Shown here: in pieces, positions 60,139-60,359 of the stretch
Layout: each line of letters starts with the position of its first letter
How positions within the stretch are numbered: the stretch's first letter is position 1
Source: Chloroflexota bacterium
Lineage (GTDB): Bacteria; Chloroflexota; Limnocylindria; Limnocylindrales; CSP1-4
Assembly: GCA_003141245.1 (NCBI GenBank)
Contig: PLLE01000012.1
Coordinates: forward strand, 1,259-61,617
Direction of reading: 5' to 3'
Length of the DNA: 60,359 nucleotides
Notes under the pieces: generated by a model
The model's database searches: none
What the model was told of the DNA's origin: nothing
Seen by the model: the letters and a program-made list of their open reading frames with translations, nothing else
Position numbers and translations under genes: made by a program

Positions 60139-60359
60139 ATGACAGCCCTGCTTCCTCTCATCCCGCTCCTCCCGCTCGGCGGGTTCGTCCTGACCGGCCT
60201 GGTCGGCCGGCAGTTCCCCAAGGAAGCGCATCGGATCGCCGTCTGGGCCGTCGTCGGGTCGTGGCTCGTGGCCTCTGTCGTGGCCGCGATGACCCTCATC
60301 CACGTCTCCCCGTTCGGCCCGGAGGGCGCCGGCATCACCCTCTGGACGTGGATCCCGGC
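60139..60359 (+). CDS. nuoL: NADH-quinone oxidoreductase subunit L (N-terminal fragment, runs off window)
   Basis: ATG 60139: MTALLPLIPLLPLGGFVLTGLVGR...LWTWIP, a typical NuoL N-terminus after nuoK. Confidence 0.85.
   Translation, partial: MTALLPLIPLLPLGGFVLTGLVGRQFPKEAHRIAVWAVVGSWLVASVVAAMTLIHVSPFGPEGAGITLWTWIP

Overview
High-GC bacterial chromosomal segment with about 55 CDSs. No rRNA, tRNA, CRISPR array or mobile element is recognisable. Gene content (hsp20-hspR-lon-dnaJ-clpB, KimA-like permease with two TrkA, many leaderless-type starts) suggests a Chloroflexota or Actinobacteria-like organism; this is inference. Layout: (1) 1-5953, three secreted repeat proteins. (2) 6.3-23.5 kb, housekeeping and hypothetical genes: DEAD-box and UvrD-HRDC helicases, SpoIID-like protein, acyl-ACP thioesterase, SDR, acyP, holB, NYN protein, hpt, csoR, rsmG, and two PD-(D/E)XK-like hypotheticals. 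(3) A potassium-uptake cluster. (4) A heat-shock operon behind a HAIR-like operator. (5) GNAT, Nudix-GNAT, purH, folK, a CofC-like protein and a MidA/NDUFAF7-like methyltransferase. (6) From 49970 to the window end, an unusual complex I operon: nuoA-B-C-D-H-[nuoI N-half::nuoE-like]-[nuoF-like]-[nuoG-N::GltD-type FAD/NAD(P)H domain::ferredoxin::nuoI C-half]-J-K-L. The standout observation is that nuoI appears split in two. A three-gene electron-input module sits between the halves, and its first and last genes are fused to them. All product calls come from motif recognition by eye, not database searches.
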